A stretch of 64,000 nucleotides of DNA from contig CM022672.1 in assembly GCA_012295275.1 (NCBI GenBank), positions 1,860,001 through 1,924,000 on the forward strand. Reading direction: 5' to 3'. A model generated the notes under the pieces. It did no database searches, was not told the origin of the DNA, and worked only from the letters and a program-made list of their open reading frames with translations. Made by a program: the position numbers and the translations under genes. Source of the DNA: Chrysomallon squamiferum. Its lineage: Eukaryota; Animalia; Mollusca. Shown here one piece after another: positions 59,631 through 64,000 of this stretch (positions within the stretch are counted from its first letter, which is position 1; each line of letters begins with the position of its first letter).

Positions 59631-60369
59631 TCTATAGGTATATTTACCCTGCATTCACTAAAAATATTGGCAAGATTTGATGATTGGATACATTCTATAC
59701 ATTTCAATAAAAATATAGCTTTTTGGAACAGAACTATATTTACTTTGATAAATTACTTGTTACATACATACATACAAACATACATATACATTAACATTTT
59801 GTTCATCAATACTTTCTTTTGTATTTAATTGCTGGTTTGATCCTAAACAATAATGGACAAATTCACCCATGCACCATTCAACCAAAACCAGACTGGACTG
59901 GGAGAATATGACATCAAGTCCCTGAAAGAGTATTGAACCACTGACATGTGGCACGTCACGAGATTTAATTCCACAAATCAACACCAGAGACTGTCCAGTT
60001 TCACGTGTGCTGTTTCCAAAGCAAAACTGGACACAACTCAATACACTTTTATTGACATATTAAAACTCCTCAGCAGCAAACAGCTGAGGTTTTCATAGCT
60101 GCAAACAGACGTTTCATTTTGCCAGTGACTTTAATAAAAACATGATGATAGATAGCGTTACGACTCTCACATGTAAATAATAGATGGCCCATTGGTAGTA
60201 ATTGCTCTCTGCTTTGTGTGGAAGACCTGCCAACCTTCAGATGTTTAATGAGAGTTTGGTATAAACGCATTCCACGCTTTACGTCCATTAAATGTCTCAC
60301 CGGCTTCATACAAAAACGTTGGTGAATAATCCTGTTGGTTGTTTTGTTGTTTTTATCTGTTGATAGATG

Positions 60370-60720
60370 ATCAAAGTTGAATCAAAGTTCTGAGATTATC
60401 AGTAATGAATCAATTCTTAGATTACCAGTGGTAAATTGGAGTTTTAAGATTATGAATAGTAAGTCAATTTGCTAAGATTATCAATAGTGAAAGAGTTCTT
60501 TGATTATCAGTATTAAACCTTAATTCTGAAATTGTCAGAACTTAATCTTAGTTCTTAGATTATCAATAGTGTATTGCAAAGTCAAAACTAAATCACTGTT
60601 CTAAGGTTATCAAAAGTAGAACAGTTCTTAGATTATCACCATTACAGTCTAAGATAATCCATAGTCAATCAAAGTGGTAGAATTACCTATAATGAAGCAA
60701 AGTTCTAAGATTATCAACTG
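60370..60720. repeat. Degenerate ~29-bp minisatellite
   Basis: Recurring agttct(a/t)agattatca. Confidence 0.7.
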
Positions 60721-61220
60721 TTTTATTTTAATATGATGATCAGATGATAATACTTAGAACATATTCTAAAAATAAAATTAAGTCCATGTATATATATATA
60801 AATTCTCAACTGCACTCAAGAATAAGAGCAAAACCGCCCATCACACTTTGTTCCAGAGTTGACTCAAGACCACTTTTTGTATAAAATGCAGCTCTTCAAT
60901 TTGACCACTTTGTCTAAATGCAGCTCTTCAATTTGCTTATAACAAAATTCACCTGAAGACCACAATGATGCTAGAAGACCCAGACAATGAGGCACTAATT
61001 TATGGTTACAGTTCTCATAGAATTAGTTTTTATGGGGTTCTGATATATCTGGTTATGTGGCCTCATTCATATGATAATGTGGCCCCATATATTTGGTTAT
61101 ATAGTTTCATATATTCAGTTACATTGCTTCCTATATTTGACTATATAGGGTCTTGTATATTTTGTTATGTGAACTCATACATATTGTTATGTATGTCCTC
61201 ATTCTTATGATAATACACTT

Positions 61221-61580
61221 CATACATTGTTTTATGATCTCAAACATTGTTTTATGATCTCAAACATTGTTTTATGATCTCAAACATTGTTTTATGATCT
61301 CATACATTGTTTTATGATCTCAAACATTGTTTTATGATCTCATATATTGTTTTATGATCTCAAACATTGTTTTATTATCTCAAACATTGTTTTATGATCT
61401 CATCCATTGTTTTATGATCTCATACATTGTTTTATGATCTCATACATTGTTTTAAGATCTCAAACATTGTTTTATGATCTCATATATTGTTTTATGATCT
61501 CAAACATTGTTTTATGATCTCATATATTGTTTTATGATCTCAAACATTGTTTTATGATCTCATACATTGTTTTATGATCT
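61221..61580. repeat. 20-bp minisatellite, 18 copies
   Basis: ca(a/t)acattgttttatgatct in exact 20-nt register. Confidence 0.97.
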
Positions 61581-62174
61581 AATATGTATGATTATATATC
61601 TCAAGTGTTCTCATGTCTTATAATGTATCTCATACATTCCATAATAAAAAAGAAATAAAGATAAAGTAGAAAGAGGAGAAGACACAGCAGATGTTCTACA
61701 TCCTTTCTTTCTGTGAACACACCTGTAGAACACAGGTAAGTAGTCTGTGATGTGCTATAAAATCTGTTTATTGCATGATCTCAACAAATGGTTTACATGA
61801 CTTGGAGAATGAGACTTGTTAAATGTAATTAACACTTTAAACTGCATATACAAGTACAGTGTTTACAATAAACAATACAAATGTTATCTACCTAAGATAA
61901 ATAGCTATGGGACTAATTGTTGAAAGGATTTTGTAAGAGAAAGAATCACATAACTGAATTGGTGTAATTTGTGTAAGAATTATGTGTGTAACTGTATGTG
62001 TGTCTGTGTGTGCATGTACTGATTTGGATGTGTGTGTCTGTGTGTTTGTGTGTGTGTTGGGTGAGCATTGTTGTTCTGGTTTAAATGAATACATTTTTTT
62101 TTTATATAAAGCTGTTAAGGTATCGCAGTTATAATATAGTATTCTTGATGTCTGTTTTTCATTAAACCATTGCA

Positions 62175-62222
<48 letters not shown>

Positions 62223-62896
62223 CACACACACACAAGAATCATGTAGTCCAGTTCTTGGGTGGTTACGTATTCAGGTTAACAAGCACACAGGTAAGTGAAT
62301 ACTAATTGCATTATTTACTTAGTGTACCTTCTGCAAATTCCACAACAGAACAATTATATACCAGCTAGTAGTCTCCACATTCATTGCCAGACTTTCATGC
62401 CAGCTATGCATTTCGTATATTTGTTATTTGGTCCCAAACCAAATGTGTGACATCATATAAGTGTATATTTTATAATACACTGAGTGCATTGTTAAATAAA
62501 AACGTATCTTTTGTCACTAAGTGGTGCTGTCTGGCACATCAAATAACTGCTGTTTTTAGAAAAGCAAATGCTGAAAAAAGCCAGTTTTAATCATCAGATT
62601 GTGATTTACACAACATGAAAAATGTTTGGTAAGCCTCTCTAATATTACATGATTTACATGTAAATCCAAAATAGTTTACAGTTTTTATATTGTTCATTGT
62701 ATTTTTTTTTTTTTTTTTTTTTTGGCAGTGGGAGTATCTGATTCATACACAAGTTAAATTTTATCTATTTATTTATTTATAATTAGAAGGCAAATTACTG
62801 AAAATAAATTTAAATACATTCTCTTAGATAAACAGATTTTGATATTTAACTGATTTATGTATTTATAAATAACTGGAAATAACATAGTGAACCTCC

Positions 62897-62925
62897 ACTT
62901 ACCTGAAAGAAAGATTTAAACATTC
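62897..62925 (-). other. Recursive splice site (ratchet point) candidate
   Basis: Minus strand reads aatgtttaaatctttctttcAG|GTaagtgg. AG at 62904-62903, GT at 62902-62901; same 12-mer TTTCAGGTAAGT as the 26.1 kb site. Confidence 0.65.
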
Positions 62926-63014
62926 TGAAATCTTATTGATTTATGATTTTTAGGTATATAATACAAAATTATTTATTTATAAGTTTACTTATTAATTTAT
63001 TTATTTATTTGTTT

Positions 63015-63045
<31 letters not shown>

Positions 63046-63129
63046 ACAGAGAGTGTATCTTTTCAAAGATGATAATATATAATTCTACAGAATATATAGA
63101 AATATCACTATTATTATTAGTTTTTAAAT

Positions 63130-63313
63130 GAAAGAAAGGAATTGTTTGTTTTAATTCACTCAGTGCATTTTATTTGTAGTTAAGTGGCATCAGACTCACA
63201 TTTAACAAATTCAGACAACAAAAGAAGGAACTCACTGCCAACACTTCATGTGTTAAATGTTTGCAGTTAGCAGCAAGAAATTTGTAATGTGTACTATCCC
63301 ACAGACAGGATAG
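63130..63313 (-). mobile_element. SINE remnant (3' half)
   Basis: gaaagaaaggaattgtttg...cactcagtgcattttattt...ggcatcagac...ttagcagcaag...atcccacagacaggatag; shares blocks with the copies at 36.0 and 31.4 kb. Confidence 0.6.
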
Positions 63314-64000
63314 TTATTACCTTATTCTTTGTTTGCTGAAAGTTTGCTGAAACAGCTTAATCAAAAGGAATCAGTCTGATCAGCTACAATCTCTACATTC
63401 AGATTAAATATTTATATGAGCAATAATAATTAAAAGTTTATTTATTAACAAAAATATGTTTAAATATGATTAATTTTAAAAGTATGTTTGTACAGAATAT
63501 TAAATTTAATCCTGTATCTCTGAAGATTTAATAATCCTTTAAAAAAAAAAGGTTTAAAAATATGTTCATTAAAAATTTTAAAACCATATAAAGTTCCATC
63601 TTTAACATTTCTTTGTAATTAAACTTTAAATAAATAAATAAATAAACAAATACATTTTTAAAATTTAAAAATTAAAAGAACAAAGAACCAATCTTCCTTG
63701 TATCTTTTATCATCAGAAGAAATTTAAAAAAAAAAATTGAAGAAAAAAACATTATATGGTATACTTAAAGAAACATAATAAGATTTACTATAATTATACT
63801 GCTATCCTTGAAATCTAAATACAGTATCTTTCAAGATATCATGAAGTAATATAAACAAAAAAAATAATATCTTTTTCTTGTAACATCAGAGAACATTTGA
63901 AAACAGCCTTGAAGTATCATGTTTAAAACTTAATCAATAATTCTTAAATTGAAATTTATTTTGTACTGAATAACAAATGTGAAAGTTAACTCAGTCTTAT

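Noticed and set aside
61221-61580. CRISPR-like regular repeats (also 30285-31068)
   Set aside because: Head-to-tail units without unique spacers, no cas genes, eukaryotic context.
61731-62296. Plus-strand CAG|GTAAGT at about 61735 and 62290
   Set aside because: No pyrimidine tract before the AG and no identifiable exon; a plus-strand transcript cannot be fully excluded.

Overview
AT-rich, visibly CpG-poor, microsatellite-dense animal genomic DNA. The SINE remnants resemble a family I recall from gastropod molluscs, so the taxon is an inference. No complete gene is present, and almost all ORF-track entries are (CA)n/(TATG)n/(TC)n/(TTA)n translations. The window reads as the interior of a very large minus-strand intron region. 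Key signals, all on the minus strand: (1) two identical TTTCAG|GTAAGT junctions (AG|GT at 62903|62902 and 26111|26110, about 36.8 kb apart) matching recursive-splicing ratchet points, the second followed by a 52-nt cryptic RS-exon closed by another GTAAGT donor; (2) at least three ATG-initiated short exons (52595-52427, 17150-17084, 5000-4973) that all end in phase 1 at GTAAG donors, suggesting alternative first exons giving different, partly Cys-rich N-termini to a common exon left of the window. Also present: a decayed mariner transposase 3' end with its terminal repeat, several tRNA-derived SINE remnants, many minisatellites (one with three levels of periodicity) and a few CpG-retaining islands. 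All splicing calls are motif-based and need RNA evidence.
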